Assembly (NCBI RefSeq): GCF_009914755.1
Contig: NC_060935.1
Origin: the human T2T-CHM13v2.0 reference genome, Homo sapiens
DNA: 64,000 bases
Strand: one strand, 5' to 3'
The translations under genes and the position numbers were made by a program. The notes under the pieces are model-generated. The model was given only the letters and a program-made list of their open reading frames with translations, had not been told where the DNA came from and made no database searches. This document shows, piece by piece, positions 30,030 through 43,669 of this stretch (position 1 is its first letter; each line of letters starts with the position of its first letter).

Positions 30030-30162
30030 TATAAATCATGTCATCTGTGAATAATGACAGTTTGATTTCTTCTTTTCCAATTTTAATATTTCTTTTTATT
30101 TTCCTGTCTTATTGTACTGGATAAGACCTATAATACTATGTTTAATAGAAATGGTGATAGTG
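30030..30162 (-). mobile_element. Old L1 ORF2 (RT) fragment
   Basis: ATATAAATCATGTCATCTGTGAATAATGACAGTTTG is the reverse complement of sequence encoding KLSLFTDDMIY. Confidence 0.65.
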
Positions 30163-30441
30163 GACCAGGCATGATGGCTTTCACCTGTAATGCCAGCACT
30201 TTGGGAGGCTAAGGCTGGAGGATCCTTTAAGCCCAGGAGTTTGAGACCAGCCTGGGTAACAGTGAGACCTCTGTGTCTACAAAAAATGAATTTTTTAAAA
30301 ATTAGCTGGGTGCAGTGGTGTGTGCCTGTAATCCCTGCTCCAGCTATTTGGGAGGCTGAGGTAGGAGGATCACTTGAGCCCAGGAGTCAAGGTTACAGTG
30401 AGCTGTCATCGCACCACTGCACTCCAGCCTGGCTAACAGAG
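30163..30441 (+). mobile_element. AluJ-like, lacking a poly(A) tail
   Basis: GGAGGATC..TT.AGCCCAGGAG diagnostic in both arms; ends at ...CCAGCCTGGCTAACAGAG. Confidence 0.85.
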
Positions 30442-30654
30442 GTTAGCTAACTCTTCAGGGTGATCAAACAGGGAGCTCAGAGGCCAAGCAGCCATGTGTT
30501 TATGGATGCAGTGTGTTCTCCCACCTTCATGTATTTTCGAATTTGCATTTCTCTTTTATAAGGGAATTATCCTGTTCATTTTCCTACCTGCTGGGATGAC
30601 TATCTGATATAGCTCAAGACATTGGGTATTTCCCATCTCAAAATAACGCATGTC

Positions 30655-31370
<716 letters not shown>

Positions 31371-31679
31371 ACAGTATCTCCTTCAGTAATAAAAGCAGTT
31401 TCAACTGAAGTCCAATAATAAATGAGCAATCACTTTTCAAATAAGTGTGTACTTTTTAGCTGTTTTGGGAAACTCCCCAGTCCAAAATGCCAGTGGTTAC
31501 CACTAATTAGTAATTCCATATCTTTTGCAGAAGGCATTGTTCAGAAGAGACATTTTTCCTCATGACTCCCCTTTTAGGATCAGAGAAGCATCACACAGAA
31601 GCTCTCCAGCAGTTTTTCTTTCTTGTCTCATGGGCTGGAATTGTGTCACATGCCTATGTAAATCACTGGTAAGTGAAGA

Positions 31680-32387
31680 GCATTATTATAAATGGTTTCA
31701 ACTAATCCTGATTCACACCTATGGCCTGGATGGACTCCACTTTGTCCCAAACACATGACCACCTCACACCAGAACAAAATGGATTTCTATTAAAGCTGAA
31801 TAAGATAGAAAATAGCTTCTCTGTGGGTAAATAACTGCCTACCCATCCAACAGGCCTTTATTGATTACTTCTTACCCTCTTGTATCTTTAACTTCTCTTT
31901 CTTTCTCTCTCTGTCTCTCCCTAGCTTCTTCCCACTAACATTTAAACATCAATTTTACCCCCTCTTAAAAAAAAAAAAACTATCCTCAACCCCACTTCCC
32001 CCTGAAGTGACTAACGTGCATGATTGCAAATAATATAGTGACTATTTGCATTATTATAATTGGTTTCAACTAATCCTGATTCACACTTGTGGCCTGGATG
32101 GACTCCATTTGGCCCCAAACATATGACCACCTAACACCAGAACAAAACAGATTTTTATTAAAGAGGAAGAAGATAGAAAATCACTTCTCTGTGTGTAAAT
32201 AACTGCCTACCCATCCAACAGGCCTTTATTGAATACTTCCTGCCCTCTTGTATCTTTAACTATTTTTTTCTTTCTCTCTCCCTCTGTCTCTCCCTAGCTT
32301 CTTCCCACTAGCATTTAAACATCAATTTTCCCCCCTCTTAAAAAAAAAAAAAAACATCCTCAACCTTTCTTCCCTCTTTAGTGACTA
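31680..32387. repeat. Diverged tandem duplication, 2 x ~335 bp (period 368)
   Basis: GCATTATTATAA..TGGTTTCAACTAATCCTGATTCACAC...AGTGACTA occurs at 31680-32013 and 32048-32387. Confidence 0.92.
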
Positions 32388-33139
32388 CTTTGGTTCTCAT
32401 GCAACTCCACGTAGTAATATTATTCTGTTTTGCGCAAGAGGAAACTGAGGTACAGAGAAGTTGAGTAACTTGCCCAAAATCACACAGCTTGGCCAGTAGT
32501 TTATAAAGATAGCCAACATTATAGCAGCATGGAAAATGCAAACATCTCTCTCTCAATTTAGTTCAGAAAATACTTTCTAAATATTTTCCATTCATAATGC
32601 ACTAGATGGATTTCACATGCTGTCTTTTGGTATTCTCCCCAATAACCTTTATTTAAGGCTGTTTTACAGGCTCAAGTACGTTAAGGGATCTTAAGTGGTA
32701 AGCATAGAGCCATGTGGTAAATAGAAGTATTTGAAATCATACCCAGGTTATGTCTATTGTATATTATTTCTCAAGACCCTACCAGATCCCATTCATGTAG
32801 AGGATGTCCCTGGTCCTAAGTCTGAATTCTGTTCAGTCTTCCCTTCCACTCCACAGGCATCAGGAAATTTCCAGAATCAACTATTCCAAGACAGCGCTGA
32901 AGCAATTCCCCTGGATGAGGGCCGAAGGTAGGAAAGGAAGATGAGAGGCATTCTCTTTTCTCTATGCCTCTTTTATAAACTACTGATGCCCATGTTATCT
33001 GATGGAGGAATTTTCTCTGCTTGCCATTGGTGGTGGAATCAAAGTTTGCTAAGCAACGCAAAGCTGGTATGTGTCAGCACCTCCTCTCCCATCACACCCA
33101 ATGGATGAGACACAGCATGGAATCAGTATATAATCACAT

Positions 33140-33360
33140 ATAATGGCATAATAGTTAGAGCTCAGGCTTAGAATTAAATCAATCTGGATTTAAATTTGAA
33201 CTGCCAGTTATTTGCTCTTTGACCTTGACCAAATGATACGTAGAGTGAGCATCAATTTCCTTACATATAAAATGGAATAAATACCTTCCTCACAGGGACT
33301 AGGTGTGAATTAGATGAGATTCCACACTTAGCAGAGTGATAGTGCTGATAATTTGTTAAT
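33140..33360 (+). mobile_element. MIR SINE
   Basis: GGCATAATAGTTAGAGCTCAGGCT...TGACCTTGACCAAAT...TCAATTTCCTTACATATAAAATGG... Confidence 0.7.
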
Positions 33361-33843
33361 TTTCAGTGTATCCTCATTTCCTTTATCTCCTGTAACCACT
33401 TCAGGGAATCATCACTTCATTGTCAGATGTTTTAGTGGAGAGAAGATCACTCATAGGAATATTTCATAATTATGACTTATGAATCAGTATTTAATACTTC
33501 AAAATCTGGCTTTTCTTATCTCCTAATTTCTAGAACTCCCTACATCCTACCAACCATAAGAGTAAGGAAGACAAACTATATATATATGAGTTGAGACAAT
33601 TCTTGCCAGAAGCCTGAATCAATCACACCATGAGTTCTGATTTCCTTTACAGAAAATGATAACAGATAACAGTAAGCCTTTATGCTTCCCCAGCCACCAT
33701 TCTAAGTACTTTACATGCATTATCTCATGTAACCACCGCAACAGTCCTAGAAGGCAAGAACTATTATCACCCCCCTTTTTACAGGTGTAGAAACTCAAGA
33801 CTGAGGAAACAAGGTCACCTAATTAGTAAGAAGAATCAGTAGA

Positions 33844-34142
33844 GGTTGGGCACAGTGGCTCAGGCCTGTAATCCTAGCACTTTGGGAGGTCAAGGCAGGT
33901 GGATCACCTGAGGTCAGGAGTTCGAGACCAACTTGGCCAACATGGCGAAACCCCATCTCTACTAAAAATACAAAAATTAGCCAGGTGTGGTGGCAGGTGC
34001 CTATAATCCCAGCTATTCAGGAGGCTGAGGCAGGAGAATCGCTTAAACCCAGAGGAGGAAGTTGCAGTAAACCAAGACTGCACCACTTCACACCAGCCTG
34101 GGCAAAAGAGCAAAACTGCATCTCCAAAAAAAAAAAAAAAAA
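33844..34142 (+). mobile_element. AluS
   Basis: Full Alu dimer with A tail; TCAGTAGA repeated on both flanks. Confidence 0.93.
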
Positions 34143-34769
34143 GTCAGTAGAACTTTTACTCTTAAGCATGATTCAGATTTATAATACTAAAGAGCAGTTT
34201 CTCTAGCCTACATGTCTATCTTTGGAGTATTAATAAAATAGCAGTTTTTCACTGATGTAGATGTCTTCACATGTTATCTTGCTCAATTCTCCCTATAACT
34301 CTATGGGGCAGGTATTATTAGAGTTGTTTTATAGGCTCTGATTGGCCGATGGATCCATACCCACAATGACTAGAACATTCTGGGTCTTGGGTCTCAGGAT
34401 TTAAGATCACTTTCTAACCACAGTCATAAGAAAGGCTGTTAACCTAGCCTAGCTGGCTTTCCCCCAACCCTTTGGTCACAGATGTCATGGTCACAAGAGA
34501 GAACAGGATAAATTGTTTTGGCTACCACCTTGGCTGATGCTAATTCTAATCTCAGAGCATTCCTAACTCCTCGCACTTGAATAATATCCATTAAATATTT
34601 TCCTGAATCCACATCTGAAAATGTTGATAAGGACAGACTCAGGATTTCTGACCCAGGAAGACCACAACCAGCCACAAATCACAGATGCTGTTTCCTTCTG
34701 AATTTCCAAATTTGGATCCAGACTTCCCAGGACCAAAGGAGCTGTCTCCAGCCTGTGCACACGCTTACC

Positions 34770-34798
<29 letters not shown>
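34770..34798 (+). repeat. A29 homopolymer
   Basis: Uninterrupted A run with no recognisable SINE or LINE body upstream. Confidence 0.9.
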
Positions 34799-34800
<2 letters not shown>

Positions 34801-37800
34801 CTTAAAATAAGTGACTTAAAATAGAGACCTGCTACTTCAAAACAACTTCGATTTGTTGCTGATTTCATTGTGCTTGCAATCCCAGATTTTTCTGTTTTAA
34901 CTTAGTTTTCAATATTCAGGGCTATAAATTGGGTTAGACCTCAGATCAAGTGATTTTTATAATACACTTCACCTGGTCACCAAGAAAGCCTGGCAAATGT
35001 GTTCTAAGGAGACTTGGGGAAAGATGTCCTTCAATGGCTAGGTATTTTTCCCATCAATATCTGTTGAAGACTAATGGAAACCGAAGTCAGCCTTTGGAAG
35101 CTGACAAGAGAAATTCACATTCATTTCTGAGCTCAGATGCTTGTGTCTCACACTCACAGGATGATGTGACCCAACAGAGCAAAATAAATCCAGCCCATGA
35201 ACTCAGCTGTATTTAGGAAGTTTCTCTTACCAGTCATTTTAAGTCACCAATTGAGGAAAACATATATAATACTTAAGTTAAAAATGGATGAAATCTGCAA
35301 AGCAGCAGTTAGTGATGAGCCAGTGAATGCTAACTCCATGCAAACTGCTCTCTACAAATAAGATGTCTTGCTATTGAATGACCCCATTACTTCTTTACCT
35401 TATTAGTCATTTTTTCTCAAGATAATACTAGGGTCTTCAATTTACAGGTGAGTTATATTTAAACATGTATTTCTACTGTTACAGATTTTTATGAATAATG
35501 ACCAAAATAGTCCACTAACAAAAACATTTACCCAGGATATTATAGATCCTGACTTGATAATAAAACTTTTATTAAATTATTTTACTGACTACAAAGGTAA
35601 TAAATTCTCTCTGTAGAAAACTAAGATCAGAAACTCTTTAAAAGAACATTAAAATTTCCCTTAATCCCATAATTCATATAAGCATTATTATCCTTGATGT
35701 ACTTTTTTCAGATATATTTTTAGTGGATATATGGCATTTTAAACAATTTGGGTCATAATATATAAACTGTTTTATATTTTGTATTTCCCACTCAATGTTA
35801 TATTGAAATACTCTTTCCACCCCATTAATTCTTTTGCAAATAACTTTAATGTCCACTTGACATATAATAACTATAATTCATTTAACTGTTTCTCTTTATG
35901 TATATTCGGGGTTTTTTTTACCTTTTTATTAGTATAAAAATATTGTGAAACACAAGTTGTACACATAATTTTGTCTATATTTTTTATCTAGAGTAGATTT
36001 CTAAACATAAGGAATACAGTGCCAAGGGTCATAACTAGTTATAAAACCCTTATTATAATAAGGGGTCAAACTTCCTTCTAGAATGTTTTATGTCAACACA
36101 CATTCACCACCACTGAATAACACAACTATCATAAATCTTTGCCAATTTGTCAGTATTTCACTGTTTTAAAATTGCATTTCTTTGGTAACTTTTGAAATAG
36201 AGGACTTTTTAGATGTCTAATTTTTTTCTGAGAATTATCTATTAGTTTTCCCCTTATTTACACCTTAATTCACACATTAATGGTGTGAGTAAACATTTTA
36301 ATTTGTTAATAACTGCTTCTATAATAACAGTTGTCATACTTGTTGCAATCATTTTTCTAAGGTGTTCCATAACTTTATGTAGCTGAGCTCATCAGTTTTG
36401 TTTTGTATCTTATACCATTATATTTTCATTTTAAAATATCCTTTCTTATGAAATATATATTGATTTTATTTTTTTTTTGGTTTTGAAAAGATCTATGTTT
36501 TATCTGAAGTCTTTAATACATGTTATTCTTTTTTCTCTTTTTCTTTGGTTCTTTTTTTGATGATTCCATTAAGAAGAGACTTATTTTGTTTTGAAAAATA
36601 CCTATCTAGTTATTTTTAAATCTTTTATGAGCTACACATAATACCTTTCTAAATATTATTCACAAATAATATCCTTTGGTGGTATTACCATATTTGTTTC
36701 TTATTGAGCTCATTTCTATTCTTCAGTTTTGTTAGTATTTTTAAAATATCAAAAAGCTTTTGAATTTAGTTATCAAGTCTAATTTTTTATTGCCTGATGT
36801 GTTTCTGTATTACATCATTTTTCTGAATATAATTGCTTGTTATTTACCTTGAGTTGAGTACTGAGTTCATTTATTTTCTCTCCTAATACTACAACGATAA
36901 ATAATTTAAAGATTAAAAATAATGATATGCAAAATTTTGTTTACTTGTGTTCTTTTATCAAGATTTGGAGTACAGGGTAAGTTATAGGTTTACCTTTAGG
37001 ATACAAAGCTTGATATATTTAATCATGATATTCTTTAATTCCTCCATTCCATTTGTTATTTTTCCCATTTTATATATAAAAAAAGTTTAGGCACAGTGAG
37101 ACTAAGATCTGTACACAATATCATGTGGCTAACAGTCAGTGAAAATAAAATGTAAAAATAAGGCATCAGATTCTAAAAAACACACTCTGTCCAATAAATT
37201 ATGGTGCTTTTGTTCCCTCACCTTAAAATTATGTTTTCTAAACAGATCCATATAATTTTTCACAGTCATCCTTAAATTGGGTTTTGATTTGCAAAATGCC
37301 CTGAATTCTAAACATGACAGTTCTCCAGGTGAATTCTAAAGTTTCAAATACATCTGGGGAATGTTGCCTTGCATCATGCTGTTTTATTCTCTTCCAGGAT
37401 ATGTTTCCAGAAGTGTTTGATGACATTCTTGGGCCATTCTGTTTGGATGTGGCATAAATTCACAAATCTAACTACCAGGGCTTATCTTACTCCAGCCTCA
37501 GATATTCACTCAGTTCAGCTAATTCTGAAATGTGGTGGCATCATCCTTAATTTCAAATTGAACTCACCTGATGTTTTATAGTTACCCCGAAACAAGTTAA
37601 AAATAACCAGAATAACAAACTGCACTGTAGCCTCATGAATATGAGTAGTTAGAAAAAAGAAACTGGGAAATTAAATCACGAATTAAAGCCTCTGCTCCTC
37701 CTCTTTTTACGGTTGTTTTTCTATGGGAAAAAAATACTATAACGGTGATTGGGAGAATATCCATCCATGTACAATTATAGGAAAAAATGCCTGACATGTC

Positions 37801-37821
37801 AACATCATAAAATCATGTTTG

Positions 37822-37890
37822 TGTGTATGAATGAATGTGTGTCTGTGTGTGTGTGTGTCTGTGTGTGTCTCTGTGTATGAGAGAGAAGAG
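37822..37890. repeat. (TG)n/(GA)n microsatellite
   Basis: GTGTGTCTGTGTGTGTGTGTGTCTGTGTGTGTCTCTGTGTATGAGAGAGAAGAG. Confidence 0.8.
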
Positions 37891-38082
37891 GAATGTGTGT
37901 TCATTATGTCACGAATAATATGGCTCAACTTAAAGTCTTGGGTTTATAGATTTAGGGATTCTATCAGTGTTACAGAAAACAGTCCTGACCAAAATTATTT
38001 TATTGTTCAAAATGTATGTGTCAAATTGCAATCCTTGTGCTATTCGCAGATAAATCAATTATCCAAATGCCAAACTGGATTT

Positions 38083-39016
38083 ATGGAGCAAGTGAACAAC
38101 GTAACGGAATTTTCTTGCTTGGCCTGACATAGAACACAGGGGCACAGAAACTCTTGTTTGCTGTGTTTACACTCATCTAATTTCTCACCATGGTAGGCAA
38201 CCTACTCATTGTGGTGACAATCACCACCAGCCCAGCCCTGCACTCCCCCATGTATTTTTTTCTGTCTTTCTTGTCCTTCATAGATGGCTGCTGCTCTTCT
38301 ACCATGGCCCCCAAAATGATATTTAACTTACTCACTGAAAGGAAACTATCTCCTTCAGTGCGTGCATGACCCAGCTCTTTGCAGAACATTTCTTTGGGAG
38401 AGTTGAGATCATTCTGCTCGTGGTAATGGCCTATGACCGCTATGAGACAATCTGCAAGCCCCTGTACTACCTGATCACAATGAACAGGAAGGTGTGTGGC
38501 CTACTGGTGGCCATGGCATGGGCCGGGGGATTTCTTCATGCTCTGATTCAAATGCTTTTAATAGTCTGGCTGCCCTTCTGTGGCCCCAATGTCATTGACC
38601 ATTTAATCTGTGACCTTTTCCCTCTGCTAAAACTCTCCTGCACTGACACTCACGTCTTCGGACTCTTTGTTGCCGCCAACAGTGGGCTGATGTTTATGCT
38701 CATTTTTTCTATTCTTATTACCTCTTATGTCCTAATCCTCTGCTTACTAAAGACTCACAGCACAGAAGGACAGTGGAAGGCTCTCTCTACTTGCACCTCC
38801 CATATCACTGTAGTCATCCTATTCTTTGTTCCCTGTATATTCATGTGCCTTTGACCCATGATCACCTTCCCTATTGATAAAGCTGTGTTTGTGTTTTACA
38901 CTGTGGTAACACCCATGTTAAACCCTTTAATCTATACTCTCAGAAGCACAGAGGGGAAAAATGCCATGAAGCAGCTCTGGAGCCAAATAATCTGGGGTAA
39001 CAATTTGTGTGATTAG
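38083..39016 (+). pseudogene. OR4C-subfamily olfactory receptor pseudogene
   Basis: MEQVNNVTEF start; -1 frameshift ~38113; TAG 38130-38132; TAA 38178-38180; -1 frameshift ~38344; TGA 38852-38854 (CGA of LRP). Retains [39 protein letters not shown] and ends at TAG 39014-39016. Candidate acceptor TATTCGCAG at 38041-38049. May be OR4C49P by position (not verified). Confidence 0.93.
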
Positions 39017-39806
39017 AGAAGATAAACACAGAACCTACTCATATTTTAACAACAGGTATGACTAATGAAAAGGGTAAAGGTCTTGAGGTCAGAATATGTG
39101 AGTTTAAGTATATTTTATTCCCCTTATTTTCTGGAATCTTTAATGATCCTTTTTCATAAAAGATCAGTATCTGATTAAATGATGACTAATGTTTCTGCCA
39201 GTTAGAAACTTCTTCACATTTACAAATTATTAATTGCGGGACATTGCTAGTCAACATAAACATGTTACAGTGTATGGAAAACCCATGAGTTTATGTGTTT
39301 AGTAGAACAATTATCTGCAAAGCTTCGGTATAGAGTATATAACTAACAGGCCAAATAATTAGAATAAACAAAAAGCCCTAATGGCTAAATCTTTTGTTGA
39401 AAATGCATAGTTTTAATCCCAACTAATAAAATTGAAGTAGAACTATTATTGTGAAAGAGAGAGATAGGTGAGAAATGATTGGGTTTTGAGGAATGAGAGT
39501 TAAGGCAGCACTCATCCAAAATGAATGCTGTTGTGTTCACAACTCCAGGGGTGATCACTTACATTATAATCTGGCTCTCTCCAGAATAAATTATTTTCTC
39601 TAAAGTCAAAGAGGGGTAGAAAATTCATCCAGGTACAATCATAGAACAATCTTGGACATTATTTCTCAGGTAGAAGATGTTTTGTGAAGCACTTTTTTTC
39701 TGTCGAAAATATCCTATACACCACTTCACCTCAAAAATGGCTTTTATTGGATGGATTTGTGCCTTAGCTAATAGAAACAAAGTAGCTGACCCAAAAGAGA
39801 ATTGGT

Positions 39807-40098
39807 GGCTGGGTGTGGTGGCTCATGCCTGTAATCCCAACACTTTGGGAGGCAGAGACAGGCAGATCACTTGAGGCCAGGAGTTTGAGGCCAGCCTGGC
39901 CAACATGGTAATACCCCATCTCTACTAAAAATAGAAAAATTAGCTGGGCTTGGTGGCCATGCCTGTAATCCCAGCTACTCAGGAGGCTGAGGCACAAGAA
40001 CCACTTGAACCCAGGGAGCAGAGGATGCAGTGAACCAAGATTGCGCCACTGCACTCCAGGCTGGGCAACACAGTGAGACTCCATCTCAAAAAATGAAA
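39807..40098 (+). mobile_element. AluS
   Basis: Full dimer; TSD AAAAGAGAA(T/C)TGGT at 39793-39806 and 40099-40112. Confidence 0.93.
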
Positions 40099-40489
40099 AA
40101 AAGAGAACTGGTGATATGTGAGTAATTAAGGCAGAAATTCTGCACATTCAAATTTGAATAAAGAACTGCAGCCCAACTGCAGACCATTGAGATTGGAAGT
40201 AATTTCAGATGTGGATACAGTGCAATCCTAAGAAAAATAATCCAGATTTTTAAAAAGATCTAGACCAGAGCCAGGCCAGAAGTCCTATAAATCTCAGCAA
40301 CTTCACTTCTACCTTCGTAAGAACTGAATTAATCCACTGGACTCCATAAGCATACTTAACTCTTATGTTAAGTATATATTACGTACAAATTAATATTCAT
40401 CAGTTTAGTAAACAATTTATTCCAAGGAGATGAGTTTTTCTCAATTGTGGCTAACCCATTTTCTGGTCATGAAATATCTATGTGCTACC

Positions 40490-40833
40490 ACTATGTTTTC
40501 CAGCCCACTCCTTTTTAAGGAAAGCCATGTTTGCAGAAGTGATATATGTCACATTGAGGCATAACCATTTAAGAGCCAGCAAGCTACTCCCCAGCTTTAT
40601 TTTCCCTGCTGCAGCAAACCTGGGAGACACAAACTGATACGAAACAGCTATACAGAAGCAACAGCCTGGATTTCTGAGTAACTACATGGAGAACAGTTCC
40701 CTAGAGCATCGCCTAAACCACAGCTCAGCAGATTTGGCTTGAACAGGAAATAAAATTGTATGTGTTAAACCACTGATAGTTCAGAATTCATATGTTACCA
40801 CAGAAAAATGCAGCTTATGCTGACTAATGATAC
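40490..40833 (+). mobile_element. Old MLT1 (J-like) MaLR LTR
   Basis: GCCTGGATTTCTGAGTAACTACATGGAG...GAAATAAAATT..TGTGTTAAACCACTGA...TGACTAAT terminus. Confidence 0.6.
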
Positions 40834-41849
40834 AATTAACCTTATCTTTTAAAGGACTTAGAACAGTTAACATAACTTTTGCAATTATCTTGATTGTCAA
40901 ATAGCATAGGATGGGTAAATACCAATCCTTGCAAAATCAAGTTCAAATAGAGCCTTTTTCAGCTTTGGTGTAGCTCACTATGGTAACTGACATATTTAAA
41001 CCATAAATTTATAAACCATCTTCTTTTTCCCTTTACGTACAATGTAAGGCAATACTGAAGAAAATTATACAATTATACATTAAGGGGGGTGCCAAAAATT
41101 TGTGAACTCCAATATGAACTAGGTCTTCAAAACTTCCTGAGCAAAATTTCTGGCTAACATAGACAGGTCCTTCTTTCTACCCATTCTTGTTTGTTTGTTT
41201 TTGTTTGTAAGTGGTTTATTTCACAGCAATAGATATCTGAAATGGGCAAAGGTGGAAGACAGATGCAGGACACCAGTAGGCCAGCTTTTGTGGTCATTTA
41301 GGGAAGAAATGATGGACTTGAGCAGACCGGTGGGAGTGAGGATAGTAAGTGGTTGGATTCAGGACACTCTTTATTAGTTCAGTTTTCAGGTTGGAATGCT
41401 AGGGAAAGAGAGGTATAATAGAAAAGCAGCAAGTCCCTGCCTGGCCCTCCTCTCCAGACCACTCGTTACAGACAACTACTTTAGACTCCTAGCTCTCTCT
41501 TTGATAGCTACCATCATATTGCACCAACCAGTTGCTTATACTGTTAGCTTTTTTTCCCTTTGTTTTGCTTTTTTTAAAGAAATAAGATTAAATCGTTGCA
41601 TAGAGAGAAGTCCTTCTTAATCAAGAAACAAAACCTCAAAAGCATAAAGAGACCTCCAAAAAATAAAAAAACTTGTGTATTATTTTTAAAATGCCACCAA
41701 GTTAAAAGAGGAGCTATAATGAAAATATTTGCAAAATATAACACAAATCTCATACCCTAAATATATAAATAATTCTAAAGAAAAAGACAGTCAAATAGAG
41801 ATTAGTATTCAGCTGCTTTAAGAACTTCACTTTATATTGCTGCATTTTG

Positions 41850-42150
41850 ATGTATGAGTTTTAGACATGTCTCATCCTCCACTGGCTTCTCAGAGCATGG
41901 TGGTCTCAGGGTTCCAAGAAGGTGAGAGAAGTTTCAAGACTTCTTAAAGCCTCAGCTGTGGAACTCACACAATGTCCCTTCTTTCTTGTCTTATTGGTCA
42001 AAATAACTCATAAGGCCAACCCAGGTCAAAAGGGTGAAGAAATAGACCCCCCCTCTCTCACTGGGAGAAACAGCAAAGTCCCATTGCAAAGTGGTGTGGG
42101 TACAGAGATGTATGGTTCTTTGGGATCATTATTATAACACTCTCCCATAC
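41850..42150 (-). mobile_element. Old MLT1 MaLR LTR fragment
   Basis: CAGAGCATGGTGGTCTCAGG...TATTGGTCAAAATAACTCATAAGGCCAACCCAG..CAAAAGGGTGAAGAAATAGACCCC. Confidence 0.6.
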
Positions 42151-42363
42151 GACGCCTAAAAATGCCTTTCTTCAGCACTCAAAATTGATCGTTTTGCTGG
42201 GGATATTATTTTAGATTGATAACTATTTTTTCTAAGAATGAAAGCATTGCTGCATTGTCTTATAGCTTCAAGTATTGTTGGCAAGGGTAATGTCATTTTG
42301 ATTTCTGTTCCTTTATATATGGTCTCATATTCTCCTCTGAAATCTTTCAAGATCTACTTATCC

Positions 42364-43427
42364 GTCGTATAGTGCACCCTTGACATAAGTAACTCCATCT
42401 TAGAAAAAGATCTACCTTACATTTCATAAGGCACTTTGTCAGCTGAGACCAGATGTTTTGCCTGATCAGTAAAAACTGCATCCAGGCCAGGTGTGGTGGC
42501 TTATGCCTATAATCCCAGCATTTTGGGAGGCTGAGGCGGGCAGATAACCTGAGGTCAGGAGTTCAAGACCAGCCTGGTCAACATAGTAAACCCCTACCTC
42601 TACTAAAAGTATAAAAATTAGCCAGTCTTGGTGGCTGGCACCTGTAATTCCAGCTACTTACTCAGCAGGCTGAGGCACAAGACTCACTTGAACCCGGGAA
42701 GCGGAGGCTGCAATGAGCAGAGATCTCACCACTGCACTCCAGCCTGGGCAATATAGTGAGACTGTCTCAAAAATAAATAAATAAATAAATAAATACATAC
42801 ATACATACATACATACATACATACATCACTACATCCAATCAGGTAAGGACATAACCAAGCACATGCCTCCACTATCAGTCCTCACCAGAGGACTCTGTGG
42901 CCATAAAAAGAACAGGACTTCAGCAACTCGAATCAGCTGTCTTAACAGACACTGTCTTGTTGTCACTTGAGATAAGCACCTGGAATCTGCCACCGAAGGC
43001 TCTGTCGACATCAAAGACGCTTTCTTGCAAGACCAATGGACCACCTGGCCCAGACAAGGAAATTCTTTTTGTCTACATTGCTCTCCCTGGACTGGTTTGT
43101 TAACCTCTTTTCCTATCCCCTTTTTCTTGATGTTAAATATTACTTTGTTTGCTATAGAATGTTTAATCTATAACATTTATATACTGATTAAGTGTACTAT
43201 TATGTAGGATTTGCAGTATTGACTGACTTAGGGAATGGCTTGTCAGGCTCTGTGCCTGCGGCTCTGACTACCAAGTGAATGGGAAGTACTAAGGAGAATT
43301 GCCTCCTTGGGAAATCCATGTAGCTTGAGGCTTTTATGATTGAGATGGCATCAATAAAAGTCAGACATCATGGAAAGACACAACTGTGCATGGTGTTGGT
43401 TATCTCTGACCTTGTGCTTCTCATGGG
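42364..43427 (+). mobile_element. Solo ERV1 LTR (MER72-like) interrupted by an Alu
   Basis: CCCTTGACATAAGTAACTCCATCTTAG near the 5' end, CATAAAA TATA-like motif, AATAAA near 43353; sequence is continuous across the Alu TSD. Confidence 0.55.
42485..42826 (+). mobile_element. AluS with (TAAA)n(TACA)n tail
   Basis: Full dimer; TSD ACT(G/A)CATCCA at 42475-42484 and 42828-42837. Confidence 0.93.
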
Positions 43428-43669
43428 ATCTACAGTGTGATGAAGTTTCATAACATGGCCTTATATGTCTTCTTTTTTTCTTTTATCTCTTCCTCTTCCT
43501 GCTTTGTATTTACTGTGTTAAGCATTCAGAAGTTCATTTTAATCTGGAAACACGTGTCCTTCAGTTTGGAAGTTTTTCTGATATTATTTCTTTGATAGAT
43601 ATGTTTTCCACAAATATATTTTCTCACAAAAAAATTAGAAGAGTGGCGTTATTTTACATTTTTGAACAT

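Noticed and set aside
38366-38854. 162-aa OR ORF as a functional gene
   Set aside because: Internal fragment of the pseudogene, lacking TM1-2 and TM7
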